NCBI GenBank assembly: GCA_030583765.1
Contig: CP129474.1
Coordinates: 331,921-395,920 of the forward strand
Origin: Minisyncoccota bacterium
GTDB lineage: Bacteria; Patescibacteriota; Minisyncoccia; 2-02-FULL-40-12; GWA2-44-9
Reading direction: 5' to 3'
DNA: 64,000 bases
Every line of letters begins with the position of its first letter. The first letter of the stretch is position 1. A program made the position numbers and the translations under genes. The notes under the pieces were generated by a model. That model was given only the letters and a program-made list of their open reading frames with translations. It had not been told where the DNA came from and did no database searches. Shown here piece by piece: positions 19,076 to 28,524 of the stretch.

Positions 19076-19804
19076 ATGCATCCTGCACTTGAAGCTTTTC
19101 TGCTCGTTAGCCTCGGGCTCCTCCCGAGCCTTCTCTGGCTCGCGTTCTTTTTGAGAAACGACTGTCATCCAGAACCAAAAGATCTTATTGCTCGCGCCTT
19201 TCTCATGGGGATCATTATTTCTCCCCTCGCATTGGCAGTTCAGTGGGTCTTGTTTTCTTTTGGGCAGTCGCTGTACGGCGTTGGCTTAAGCCTCACCGAC
19301 CCACGGTTTCTCTTCTTGAGCGCCTTTGCCGAAGAAGCGATAAAACTCGGAGCAGTCTGGTTCGCCATTCTTCAACTCCCTGAATTTGATGAGCCCGTTG
19401 ATGGCATGATTTATCTCATCACCGCGGCAATGGGCTTTGCGGCGATGGAAAACATTCTGGTAATGTTCCGCGCAGCAGAGAGTGGCGCTGGACTCGCGTT
19501 AGGCACGCACCTTTGGTTTCTGCGCTTTGCTGGCGCCACGCTTCTTCATGGTCTGGCATCAGCGTTGGCGGGATACTTCCTTGCGCTTGCATGGTTCTTC
19601 TCTCGGCATCGCACGTGGCTCATCCTTACCGGCCTTGCCGCAGCGACCGGTTTTCATTTCGTCTTTAATGTGCTCATTGCACAGCAAACGGGCGGCACAC
19701 TCTTCCCTCTCACCGGCCTGTTGATATTCCTCGCATTCCTTGTTGCCATACTCTTTGTTAAAATACGAGAGCGTAGACAGCGAACTCACGTGCAACTTGC
19801 ATAA
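19076..19804 (+). CDS. PrsW-family intramembrane metalloprotease
   Basis: Polytopic membrane protein with the PrsW signature EExxK (AFAEEAIKLG), FxxxE (FAAMENIL) and a conserved His (LLHGLASALAGY). Confidence 0.6.
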   Translation: MHPALEAFLLVSLGLLPSLLWLAFFLRNDCHPEPKDLIARAFLMGIIISPLALAVQWVLFSFGQSLYGVGLSLTDPRFLFLSAFAEEAIKLGAVWFAILQLPEFDEPVDGMIYLITAAMGFAAMENILVMFRAAESGAGLALGTHLWFLRFAGATLLHGLASALAGYFLALAWFFSRHRTWLILTGLAAATGFHFVFNVLIAQQTGGTLFPLTGLLIFLAFLVAILFVKIRERRQRTHVQLA

Positions 19805-19810
19805 CACAGC

Positions 19811-20194
19811 ATGAACGACTACCACGCAGAACTTGCCATCTCTAAAACACGAGCGCCAGCAGAGCCTGAGGGCCAGCTCACCATCGACGTCTTCCAGAAT
19901 GAAGACAATATTGTCATACAATCAACGATTGCCGGTGTCGCTCCCGAGAATCTCGACATTTCCATTACCGATGACATGGTTACTATTCGTGGTACGCGCA
20001 CACCAGAGCAGCGTGTACGCCCCACGGACTACTACTACCAAGAGCTCTTCTGGGGCCCCTTTTCACGCTCTATTATTCTCCCCGTAGACATCGATCCCGA
20101 TAGCGCGAAAGCCTCAATGAAGAATGGCATCCTCACCATTACATTACCGAAACTTGAGAAAGTAAAAACCCGCAAGATACGGGTGATTGAATAG
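19811..20194 (+). CDS. Hsp20/alpha-crystallin family small heat-shock protein
   Basis: 127 aa with an alpha-crystallin domain (IDVFQNEDNIVIQS...ASMKNGILTITLPK). Confidence 0.85.
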   Translation: MNDYHAELAISKTRAPAEPEGQLTIDVFQNEDNIVIQSTIAGVAPENLDISITDDMVTIRGTRTPEQRVRPTDYYYQELFWGPFSRSIILPVDIDPDSAKASMKNGILTITLPKLEKVKTRKIRVIE

Positions 20195-20276
20195 TGCTCC
20201 CGGCAGGACTTGAACCTGCACCTCGTGAGAGACATGGTCCTAAGCCATGCGCGTCTGCCAATTCCGCCACGGGAGC
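20195..20276 (-). tRNA. tRNA-Leu (anticodon TAG), type II with long variable arm
   Basis: Minus-strand cloverleaf: acceptor GCTCCCG/CGGGAGC, anticodon stem CATGG/CCATG, loop CTTAGGA, long variable arm, T-arm GCAGGTTCAAGTCCTGC. Confidence 0.8.
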
Positions 20277-20304
20277 GTTTCCCTAGCATACCCCAGAACC
20301 CCCA

Positions 20305-20339
20305 AAACACACAACGCCCCATAAGGGCGTTGTGTGTTT
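20305..20339. terminator. Bidirectional hairpin terminator between tRNA-Leu and the pilin-like array
   Basis: aaacacacaacgccc-cataa-gggcgttgtgtgttt: 15-bp stem. Confidence 0.6.
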
Positions 20340-20357
20340 GCGTGATCACGCAGAGAA

Positions 20358-20729
20358 CTAACGGAGCGAGCCTCGAGAGATGAGGCTTGCCAACGTGTTC
20401 AAGATAAGACCAATTGCCAAGATAACCGCTGCGCCCTTGATACCGTTCCAGATCTGCTCTTTTGCAGCACCGGCACCCTTGTCATCAGCGGACATGATCC
20501 ATTTAATGCCACCGATACCGATGTAGATAACGGCCAAAATCAAACCAATCGTGAGAATGAAGTTCGCGATCTGCTTCAAGAGGTCCTCAAGTTTGGTAAG
20601 GTCCAGAGTCGTTGTTGACTGAACTGGAGGGGTGGGGATGTTGATCTCTGCAGCGAGTACCAAGGCAGGAGAGAAGACAGCAAGTGCCAAGAGTGCTCCA
20701 GCTAGAATTTTTATATTACGTTTATTCAT
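20358..20729 (-). CDS. Pilin-like paralog 1: secreted two-helix hairpin protein (VirB2/TrbC-like topology)
   Basis: Start ATG 20729 (MNKRNIKILAGALLALAVFSPALVLA, signal peptide) preceded by AAGGGGGTGG. Mature part has two hydrophobic helices separated by the loop SADDKGAGAAKEQ. Confidence 0.6.
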   Translation of the reverse strand: MNKRNIKILAGALLALAVFSPALVLAAEINIPTPPVQSTTTLDLTKLEDLLKQIANFILTIGLILAVIYIGIGGIKWIMSADDKGAGAAKEQIWNGIKGAAVILAIGLILNTLASLISRGSLR

Positions 20730-20761
20730 ACGCCACCCCCTTTCTAAGAAATCGTACGGAC

Positions 20762-21214
20762 CTATCGCACGCACGAGCCACTACTTGAGCAATAATAACC
20801 CGCGGGGCACTGCGAACTACTAGTACAAGGGCCGACAAACCCGCCCGAATTGAAGCTCTGTGACTGGATGATCTCGTCAATCGTTTTTACCACAATGCCA
20901 AAGCCGAGAATAATCGCGATACCAATAAGCGCAGCTTTTATTGTACTTTTTGCCCCTTCAACGGCCTTAGTATCGGTCGCCGAAGTAATCCAGAGAATTG
21001 CTCCATAAGCAATGTAGCCAATACCGATCACAAGGCCTATGCCGAGTAGGAAGTTCACTACTTGCACAATAAGCTCTCGGATTTTATCAAGGGTAAGCGG
21101 AGTTCCTGTCACCGTAATCCCCTGTGGAGCCACGGCAGCAACGAAACTTGGAAGAATAATGAACGACAGAGCGAGTGTGACAATAAGTCCAGTAGTAAAT
21201 TTCCGTAGTGTCAT
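20762..21214 (-). CDS. Pilin-like paralog 2 with Cys-rich C-terminal tail
   Basis: Signal peptide (MTLRKFTTGLIVTLALSFIILPSFVAA). Same two-helix core as paralog 1 (VNFLLGIGLVIGIGYIAYG ... ALIGIAIILGFGIVV). Tail GPCTSSSQCPAGYYCSSSGSCVR. The track start at 21235 is a TTG. Confidence 0.6.
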   Translation of the reverse strand: MTLRKFTTGLIVTLALSFIILPSFVAAVAPQGITVTGTPLTLDKIRELIVQVVNFLLGIGLVIGIGYIAYGAILWITSATDTKAVEGAKSTIKAALIGIAIILGFGIVVKTIDEIIQSQSFNSGGFVGPCTSSSQCPAGYYCSSSGSCVR

Positions 21215-21224
21215 AGTGTGTATA

Positions 21225-21566
21225 TTATAAACCAACGCATGAAGGAAGTGAAGGCGTAGGCGCGCCGATAAACGCCGCGACGGTTAAAATAATCGTCCCC
21301 GCCCCCAAGATAACCGCCAGAGCAGTAAAGGCCCATATGAGTCCAGCTTTTGCCGAGCTAAACGGCCCAGGAGAACCCTGGCTCATAATCATCTTAATGC
21401 CGTACCATGCGATTCCTCCAATGACAAGAATGATGCTGACGCGGAGAAAAAAGCACATGAGCCCCGTGGCGATGATAATCACTCGCTCGTAGCCAAGATC
21501 CATTCCCGGAGTTTCTTGTATCCCCTCGGTAAGCGCTCCCGCCGCCATGTAGATAGGGTTGCTCAT
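21225..21566 (-). CDS. Pilin-like paralog 3 (no cleavable signal; two TM helices)
   Basis: ATG 21566 overlaps the TGA stop of paralog 4 (gaATGAgc), indicating translational coupling. Two long hydrophobic helices with a Pro/Gly-rich loop. Confidence 0.5.
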   Translation of the reverse strand: MSNPIYMAAGALTEGIQETPGMDLGYERVIIIATGLMCFFLRVSIILVIGGIAWYGIKMIMSQGSPGPFSSAKAGLIWAFTALAVILGAGTIILTVAAFIGAPTPSLPSCVGL

Positions 21567-22033
21567 TCTAAGATAACGCACGTACCATCACGGCACACCG
21601 CCCCTCCTGTGCACGGTGGATTACAGGCTGGGATTGGCGTTGGAGACGTGCCACTACCCCCAATATTCAACACACTCTCCACTAAATCTACGAACCCCCT
21701 GCCAATAAAGATGATAGCGAGACCGATCACTACTGACCAAATAATGTTATTCGCCTCTCCGATGGCTTTTGGATTTGATCCCGCGGTAAGGTATTTAATC
21801 CCCGCCCAGATGATCATAATAACCGCGATAGGAATAGCGATGGCGGTGATAAAGCGCAGTGCGGCGTTGATGAGATCAATAACGTTACCTGATGCAAGCG
21901 GATTTCTAAGACACAGAGAGCCCTCTGGACATGGGTCCGCGGCAAACGCAGAGCTAGAGCTAAACAGGAGAACGCCAACAAGAAGAGTCATAAGCAGTAC
22001 TCGCATCATATTAGTTATTATATCACGCCTCAT
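21563..22033 (-). CDS. Pilin-like paralog 4 with Cys-rich N- and C-terminal segments
   Basis: Signal peptide MMRVLLMTLLVGVLLFSSSSAFA. Motif AALRFITAIAIPIAV shared with the fusion protein. Tail ACNPPCTGGAVCRDGTCVILE. Confidence 0.6.
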   Translation of the reverse strand: MRRDIITNMMRVLLMTLLVGVLLFSSSSAFAADPCPEGSLCLRNPLASGNVIDLINAALRFITAIAIPIAVIMIIWAGIKYLTAGSNPKAIGEANNIIWSVVIGLAIIFIGRGFVDLVESVLNIGGSGTSPTPIPACNPPCTGGAVCRDGTCVILE

Positions 22034-22038
22034 TTAAG

Positions 22039-22989
22039 CTAATTTAATTGCCAGTGAATATGATTCGTTTGCGAAACCGCGCAGTCTGCGACAACCGCAC
22101 CGCCCGCCGCTTCACAAATAACGTATCCCCCACGCAATGCGAGAAAATCACGGGCCGCTCGCCATTTTGCTGAGTCGCCGCTCGGGATAGTAATGTCAAC
22201 CGCAGTGCCGCGATAATGCTGACTATTGGCGCTATGGCTTCCAGTCGTAAGCGACGATACGACAAATTGGTGCCCATTCTGAGAAAGGGCTATAAGACCG
22301 TCAAGGATGCGTTGGTCAACGGTAACCGTACCCGACGCGCCACCTGGAGTGCATCCAGCAGCGCATCGGTTACTACACACCGACGGAAGTTGTCCCGCTG
22401 CCAGCGAATCTATATTCCCCCGCGCATGATTTGGAGCACCACAATCGGCACTTGTAGAGAATGTAACGCCACCCTGCGTAAGAAGACGTTGAGCTGCGGC
22501 CTGCACCGACGAAGATGGCGGCACCGAAACGGTATTCGTCGGAGCTGGAGGAAGATTTATATTCTCATCGGGCGTACAGGTAATCGGTTCATACCATTTT
22601 ACATTCGCGCCGAAATAGTTACTCGCCACAAATTTTAAGAATGTATTCACCACCATCCATGCAAGCATAATCACCACAAGCCCAATAATTGCATTTGAAA
22701 AAAGCGTATTGCTCTGTGAGACGCTCTTTGTGTTTGTTGCTCCCGCAACCCGGATAAAACCGGCAATGATAAAAAGAATAGTGGCTACCAGGGGCGCCGC
22801 AACAAACATCACGAATCGAAGAGCAGAATCTGCTGCCTCAACGAGATGGCACGTCTGACACATCGCATTCACCCCTGTGTCAGTCGACTTCCCACAAGGG
22901 ACCACAGCAGCCTCTACGGGAAGAGCAAAGACTCCACTGAACATGACTGCGAGTACCGCCCCCGACATGATGCGAGTGAGTGTGCTCAT
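22039..22989 (-). CDS. Fusion protein: N-terminal pilin-like two-helix domain plus C-terminal peptidase M15 (LAS/VanY-like) peptidoglycan hydrolase domain
   Basis: N-terminus (signal, CxxxC, SALRFVMFVAAPLVA, second TM) is paralogous to the small proteins. C-terminal about 180 aa carry the Zn-ligand pattern of LAS/M15 peptidases: SHSANSQHYRGTAVDI (H-x6-D) and NHIHWQ (HxH). ATG overlaps the stop of the upstream SBP gene (ATGA). Confidence 0.6.
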   Translation of the reverse strand: MSTLTRIMSGAVLAVMFSGVFALPVEAAVVPCGKSTDTGVNAMCQTCHLVEAADSALRFVMFVAAPLVATILFIIAGFIRVAGATNTKSVSQSNTLFSNAIIGLVVIMLAWMVVNTFLKFVASNYFGANVKWYEPITCTPDENINLPPAPTNTVSVPPSSSVQAAAQRLLTQGGVTFSTSADCGAPNHARGNIDSLAAGQLPSVCSNRCAAGCTPGGASGTVTVDQRILDGLIALSQNGHQFVVSSLTTGSHSANSQHYRGTAVDITIPSGDSAKWRAARDFLALRGGYVICEAAGGAVVADCAVSQTNHIHWQLN

Positions 22990-24347
22990 GGTTTACGGCG
23001 AAGTTCCTGCATGAGGACTGATACACGAGCCTCTGCGTTGCGCAGCGCCTCACGCACTGAAGATCTACCGAAATTGACACTATCAATCATCTCCGCAAAG
23101 ATCGTTTCGATTGCCGAAAAATCCGCCTGGAACCAACTTTGCGCAGTGAGCGCTTGATCTGCAAATACGCCAAGATCGGGATCGGTTTTTTGGCGTGTAA
23201 TGATGCTCCGCAACGCCGCGGGACGGCGCGCCTCTGATAGATACAACGTTGCCCCCTCCTCTGACGCCAAGAAGTCGACGAACTCCCACGCCTGATCCAC
23301 ATACGGCGACGCCGCAGACACAACAGGAGTCCAGTAGTTTGCGTATGTGCGCACATCGTTGCGCGCCAACTGCTGTGCGTGTTGTGGCATCGGCGCAACT
23401 GCGATATTCAAACGCGGCGCACGAGCACGAATCGCGTCAATTTGGTGAGCATAGTTAAACATCATCGCCGCATTTCCTTCCACAAAAGCATCGATCGAGT
23501 AGTGTTGCGAATCGTTCCACGTGTACGAAACTTTCCCCGGATTAGTAAAGTCAGTGTAGTATTGCAGTGCAACCTCCCCTACGGCCTGATTATTCACCGA
23601 GCGACCAAACGTTGCTTCTGTGCGGTCAGCGTCCGTCATTTGAACGCCGCTCTGCAGCATCAGTGCCGCAAGAATATCGGTTGAACGATTAATATTGCGC
23701 GCAGAGCCGATCGCCGCCCCCGCGCGAACGATATTCTGCCGATCGTCTCGTGTTGTCAGCTTCTCAACCGCCTGATTAAATTCCTCCCACGTACGCGGAG
23801 GGTTTTCTATGCCCGCAGCGTTGAAAAGGTCGCGGTTCCAGTAGAGCGCAAGAGAATCAACGTACAGTGGCAGTGAATAGATTTTGCCATCAGCGATAAG
23901 GTCCCTCTGGGCGACGTCGACAAAAGATTCTTGAAATTCACGCTGTGTCATAAGCGGCCCGTCGGCGCCAGACACACGTTCTGGCATGGGGGCCAGTTTC
24001 GCCTTATGCTTCGGGAGCCAAGTGTGGTGAATCATCCACACGTCCGGACCGCGACCAGACGCGAGCGCTTCAATTACGTCACGCTCATATGTTGCATAAG
24101 AAAACAGTTTGTAGGTAACGCGTATGTTTGGGTGAAGCGACTGGAACTTGTCGAGCGCGGGGCGCATGATGCGCGGATCGTCGAATACTCCCCAGAACGT
24201 AATTTCAGCTCGCGCTTCTTGCTCATTACCCCCTCCTCCAAAACCACGGAGTACAAGAATGGCGGTGAGAAAAACGAGTAGCCCAACAGAAATGCCAAGA
24301 ACATATACGAGACGATTTGGGCTAGTAAGCGTTTGAAAAATACTCAT
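22986..24347 (-). CDS. Membrane-anchored extracellular solute-binding protein (SBP family 1-like)
   Basis: N-terminal TM (LVYVLGISVGLLVFLTAILVL) then a periplasmic-binding-protein fold typical of sugar ABC SBPs. No permease or ATPase genes adjacent. Confidence 0.65.
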   Translation of the reverse strand: MSIFQTLTSPNRLVYVLGISVGLLVFLTAILVLRGFGGGGNEQEARAEITFWGVFDDPRIMRPALDKFQSLHPNIRVTYKLFSYATYERDVIEALASGRGPDVWMIHHTWLPKHKAKLAPMPERVSGADGPLMTQREFQESFVDVAQRDLIADGKIYSLPLYVDSLALYWNRDLFNAAGIENPPRTWEEFNQAVEKLTTRDDRQNIVRAGAAIGSARNINRSTDILAALMLQSGVQMTDADRTEATFGRSVNNQAVGEVALQYYTDFTNPGKVSYTWNDSQHYSIDAFVEGNAAMMFNYAHQIDAIRARAPRLNIAVAPMPQHAQQLARNDVRTYANYWTPVVSAASPYVDQAWEFVDFLASEEGATLYLSEARRPAALRSIITRQKTDPDLGVFADQALTAQSWFQADFSAIETIFAEMIDSVNFGRSSVREALRNAEARVSVLMQELRRKP

Positions 24348-24898
24348 GACGTCTTTTTAAAAATGAGAATGTAGTGAAATGCCCCTGCGTCCGCATTCCG
24401 CTCAAAAACAAAACCCTCTTTTTGCACGATAGTGCGCATATCGTCCACGCTCGTGCGCATATCGTCCACGGGCCCCATGCCACCGGCCCCCTTTGCCCAT
24501 TCTATAACCACTAGGCGCCCGTCTAACTTGAGTACCCGATGCGCTTCTTGAAGAATGTTTTCTTTTTTTTGAGATTGGAAGAGGACGTTTGCGATTGTCA
24601 CCATATCGAGGGCACCGTCTGGAATGCCGGTGCTCTTAGGAACCTCAAGATCCGCTCGAACAGTCCGAATATTTTCAAGCCCAGCCGCTTGCGCACGAGT
24701 TCGCACGCTTTCGAGCGGTGGATTTTGCACATCGATCGCAACAACCTCGCCGCGTGATCCCACGCGTTGGCCAAGCTGAATCGTATAAAAACCTGTGCCG
24801 CATCCAAAGTCGGCAACGCGCATCCCCTCACGAACGCCGACGTCCTTCAGAGATGCTGATGTATCTAAAAACGGCCGCTGTGCATGTTCTGACATCAC
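24344..24898 (-). CDS. Class I SAM-dependent methyltransferase
   Basis: VADFGCGTGFYT motif I. Contains an in-frame 21-nt tandem duplication (VDDMRTS/VDDMRTI). Stop overlaps the SBP start. Confidence 0.75.
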   Translation of the reverse strand: MMSEHAQRPFLDTSASLKDVGVREGMRVADFGCGTGFYTIQLGQRVGSRGEVVAIDVQNPPLESVRTRAQAAGLENIRTVRADLEVPKSTGIPDGALDMVTIANVLFQSQKKENILQEAHRVLKLDGRLVVIEWAKGAGGMGPVDDMRTSVDDMRTIVQKEGFVFERNADAGAFHYILIFKKTS

Positions 24899-24936
24899 CT
24901 ACAGTGTATCATGCTTTTGCAACCGCGGTATCAACA

Positions 24937-27405
24937 CTATGCGAGAACAACCGAAACAACACGATCGCCCGCTTCAAGTTTCATCACACGAACTCCCTGC
25001 GTTGCGCGGCCTAAGAGCGAAACAGCGTCGATGGTTGTGCGGATGACCTGCCCCTTGCTCGAAACGGCGATGAGCTCCTTGAATTCTTCAGACGCAATGT
25101 GCGCCGATACTAGGCTTCCCGTTTTTTCAGTGATCTTTGCCGTCATAATGCCCTTGCCGCCACGCTTTTGCACTTTATATGCCTTGAGTTCCGTACGCTT
25201 TCCATAACCCCGCTCCATTACCGCCAAGAGTTGCAGGCCCTTTTCTGATCCTGCAGGAACACAATCTGCGCCCACCAGCCGCTCGCCCGCTTCGATACGA
25301 ACACCGATCACGCCGCCGGCGGTACGGCCCATTGGACGAACTTCTTTTTCTTCAAACCGAATAGCATTCCCTCCAGAGGTTGTCATGATAATCTGGTCTT
25401 TTCCTGATGTGACGAGCACCCAGCGCAATGCATCGCCCGGCTTGAGGTTCATGGCGATCATGCCGTTCTTTCGCACATTTGCGAAAGCGTCGAGAGGAAC
25501 TTTTTTCACCACGCCCTGTTCGGTCGTCATGAAGAGGAACCCACCCTGTCCTTTTTTGCTCTTTGGGACAGGAACCACCGCGGTGATCACATCGCTTGAA
25601 GAGACCTGTAGGAAGTTTGCGATTGCTCGTCCCTTCGATTGGCGCGAAGACTCAGGGACTTCGTATCCCTTCGTTTGGAATACCTTACCTGACTGCGTGA
25701 AGAACAAGATGTTGTCATGTGTATTCGCAAGGAAGAACTGGGTAACGACATCTTCTTCTTTTGTAGCAATGCCAACAAGTCCCTTACCGCCGCGCTTCTG
25801 GGCACGCAAATCTTCTGGGGCAAGACGCTTGATGTACCCGCCATGCGTCATCATGAAGAGGGCGCTCTCTTCGGGGACAAGCTCTTCGTCTCCAATCTCT
25901 CGGAGAGCCGACTTCACAACATTCGTGCGGCGATCGTCGCCGTACACATCTGCGATGTGCTGAAATTCTTCTTTAATAACTGCGAGAATCTTTTTCGGAT
26001 GCTTGAGTAGGTCTTCAAGATATGCGATGAGCTTACGCTTCTCCGCGAGCTCGTCATCGATCTTTTTCCGCTCAAGGCCGGCGAGCGTCTGTAGGCGCAT
26101 GTCCAAAATTGCGTCGGCCTGCCGCTCCGAAAAAGCAAACTTCTTCATCAAATTTACACGCGCATCTTCGCGTGCCTGAGACTTTTTAATAGTCTCGATG
26201 ATCTTATCAATGTGGTCGAGCGCCTTACTCAATCCTTCAAGGATGTGCGCCCTGTCCTTTGCTTTTGCAAGATCGTATTCTGTGCGGCGCGTTACCACCA
26301 CCTTGCGATGAGAAATAAACTGCTCCAACAGGGGCTTTAGCCCGAGCACATTGGGCTGAATGCCGTCCACAAGCGCCAACATGTTAAAGTGAAACGTTTT
26401 TTGGAGTTCCGTAAACTTGTAGAGCTGGTTGAGGATCTTCTTTGGAAATGCGTCCTGCTTTAATTCAATGACAACACGAATATCGCGACCTGATTCATCG
26501 CGCACATCCTTAATACCCTCAACCTTCTTTTCTTTCACGAGATCTGCGATCGCGACAACGAGATCGGACTTGTTCACCTGATACGGAATCTCGCTAATGA
26601 TAATGTCAAAGCCACGCTTTGATTCCACAATCTCCGCTCGCCCACGCATCACTACTGGACCGCGGCCAGTTGCATATGCATTAATAATGTCCTTCTCGTT
26701 ATAAATGGTGCCGCCCGTTGGAAAGTCTGGGCCCTTCACAAATTCCATGAGGTCTGTGACGTCGGCATCAGGGTTGTCGATAAGATGCACGAGCGCCTGA
26801 CACACCTCACGTAGATTGTGTGGAGGAATGTTAGTCGCCATACCGACGGCAATGCCCATCGAGCCGTTCACGAGCAGATTAGGAATGCGCGCCGGAAGAA
26901 CCGCTGGCTCCTTACGGGATCCATCGTAGTTGTCTCGAAATTCAACAGTGTCTTTTTCGATATCCGTAAGGAGTTCGTCACTGATGCGTGCGAGACGTGC
27001 CTCAGTGTAGCGCATAGCTGCGGCGTTATCGCCGTCAATTGAACCAAAGTTTCCCTGTCCTTGTACGAGCGGGTAGCGGAGTGAGAAGTCTTGCGCCATG
27101 CGCACCAAGGCATCATAGATCGCAGAGTCACCGTGCGGATGGTAGCGGCCCATCACCTCACCAACGGTGTTCGCAGACTTGCGGAGCTTTGCCCCCGCAA
27201 CATTCCCCGACTCCCACATGCCCCACAGAATGCGGCGATGCACTGGCTTAAGACCGTCGCGCGCGTCAGGAAGTGCGCGCGAAATAATAACGCTCATCGC
27301 GTATTCCAAATATGAACGTTGTACTTCTTCGGTGATATCCCGGGGAAGTACGTTGCTCGTGCGCTCTATGTGGTCGTCAGAGGATGCCATAGCTGAAGTA
27401 TTCAA
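24937..27405 (-). CDS. gyrA: DNA gyrase subunit A
   Basis: 822 aa. Active-site region [30 protein letters not shown] is the QRDR-like region. C-terminal beta-pinwheel repeats. Confidence 0.9.
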   Translation of the reverse strand: MNTSAMASSDDHIERTSNVLPRDITEEVQRSYLEYAMSVIISRALPDARDGLKPVHRRILWGMWESGNVAGAKLRKSANTVGEVMGRYHPHGDSAIYDALVRMAQDFSLRYPLVQGQGNFGSIDGDNAAAMRYTEARLARISDELLTDIEKDTVEFRDNYDGSRKEPAVLPARIPNLLVNGSMGIAVGMATNIPPHNLREVCQALVHLIDNPDADVTDLMEFVKGPDFPTGGTIYNEKDIINAYATGRGPVVMRGRAEIVESKRGFDIIISEIPYQVNKSDLVVAIADLVKEKKVEGIKDVRDESGRDIRVVIELKQDAFPKKILNQLYKFTELQKTFHFNMLALVDGIQPNVLGLKPLLEQFISHRKVVVTRRTEYDLAKAKDRAHILEGLSKALDHIDKIIETIKKSQAREDARVNLMKKFAFSERQADAILDMRLQTLAGLERKKIDDELAEKRKLIAYLEDLLKHPKKILAVIKEEFQHIADVYGDDRRTNVVKSALREIGDEELVPEESALFMMTHGGYIKRLAPEDLRAQKRGGKGLVGIATKEEDVVTQFFLANTHDNILFFTQSGKVFQTKGYEVPESSRQSKGRAIANFLQVSSSDVITAVVPVPKSKKGQGGFLFMTTEQGVVKKVPLDAFANVRKNGMIAMNLKPGDALRWVLVTSGKDQIIMTTSGGNAIRFEEKEVRPMGRTAGGVIGVRIEAGERLVGADCVPAGSEKGLQLLAVMERGYGKRTELKAYKVQKRGGKGIMTAKITEKTGSLVSAHIASEEFKELIAVSSKGQVIRTTIDAVSLLGRATQGVRVMKLEAGDRVVSVVLA

Positions 27406-27413
27406 TCATAGGC

Positions 27414-27776
27414 TCATTGAGAGCGCAACGACCTGTCAGGCGTTGTAGGGAAAGTATACACGGGAGCGTTGGTTTCCACTTCTTCTTCTCGCTCGCCTGC
27501 AGTGGAAAAGCCAAAAAGTGAAGCGAGGTTGGCGCGCAACGATGCGAGCATATTCGCCAAGCCACCAGTAGCACCGTCGCCCACGAGCGCTGGAGATTCT
27601 TGTGCCACCGCGGGCGCGTCAGTGGCTACAGGCGGATGAAGAAGCGCGTACATGTCGCTCCGAAACCCCCGAAACCACAGTGCGCCAACAAGTGCGACAG
27701 TCAGCACGACCGCGAGAAAAAAGATCAGCTCGCGAACATGTTGTGGTTGGCCTTGAATGTCTTGAATGAATGACAT
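27414..27776 (-). CDS. Small membrane protein (120 aa), unknown
   Basis: Single N-terminal TM (LIFFLAVVLTVALVGALWF). Lies between gyrA and the MBL hydrolase gene. Confidence 0.4.
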   Translation of the reverse strand: MSFIQDIQGQPQHVRELIFFLAVVLTVALVGALWFRGFRSDMYALLHPPVATDAPAVAQESPALVGDGATGGLANMLASLRANLASLFGFSTAGEREEEVETNAPVYTFPTTPDRSLRSQ

Positions 27777-27787
27777 ACCAAAAGCTG

Positions 27788-28426
27788 CTACAGAGTAAAC
27801 ACGAATAGCTTCGTTTCATCTACCGGCAAATCTTTGGCGGTCACGCGCAACGTTTCTCCTTTATCTGGAGAAAGGCCCACCTCTTTAAGAAAGCGCTCTG
27901 GCCCATCTAGGTTTGGAATAGAGAGGCCATCAACCGCATAATGCATCGGGATGATAATTTTAGGCTCAATTGCGCTGACAATGGCGGCCGCCTCTTTCCC
28001 ATCAATAGTATATGTACCTCCAACCGGAACAAAAAGTACATCTACGTCACCAATCGCCTCAATCTGTTCAGTGGAGAGCTCTGTCTGACCAAAATCTCCC
28101 AAATGACAGAGCGTTACGTCTTCAACGCGCACGCGATATATGGTGCTCATACCCCGCTCTGCGCCTTCTTTCTTGTCATGAAACGCGCGTATGCCCTGAA
28201 TAGCAACGCCCTTGCGCTCATACTCGCCAGGATTGCGAATGATAAACGTCTCTCCATCCGCCCCGTCGGTTGCATTGTGGTCATAGTGCTCATGAGACAC
28301 GAGAATAATGTCATCACGAATGCGCGGCGGCCGAAGACCAATCTCCTTAGAGAATGGATCAAAGAGGATGTTCACCCCTTTCGCTTCCACGCGAAAACAA
28401 CTATGCCCAAACCACGTAATTGTCAT
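27788..28426 (-). CDS. MBL-fold metal-dependent hydrolase (UPF0173-like)
   Basis: LVSHEHYDHN metallo-beta-lactamase motif. Confidence 0.75.
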   Translation of the reverse strand: MTITWFGHSCFRVEAKGVNILFDPFSKEIGLRPPRIRDDIILVSHEHYDHNATDGADGETFIIRNPGEYERKGVAIQGIRAFHDKKEGAERGMSTIYRVRVEDVTLCHLGDFGQTELSTEQIEAIGDVDVLFVPVGGTYTIDGKEAAAIVSAIEPKIIIPMHYAVDGLSIPNLDGPERFLKEVGLSPDKGETLRVTAKDLPVDETKLFVFTL

Positions 28427-28524
28427 ACCCGTAGCCTATCATAGCCCCCCGCTCCCTTCAATATGGGACGGGGCTCAAAAGGGTTGCTTTTTTCAGTCTT
28501 TTTCGATACACTCGTGCGTACCTT

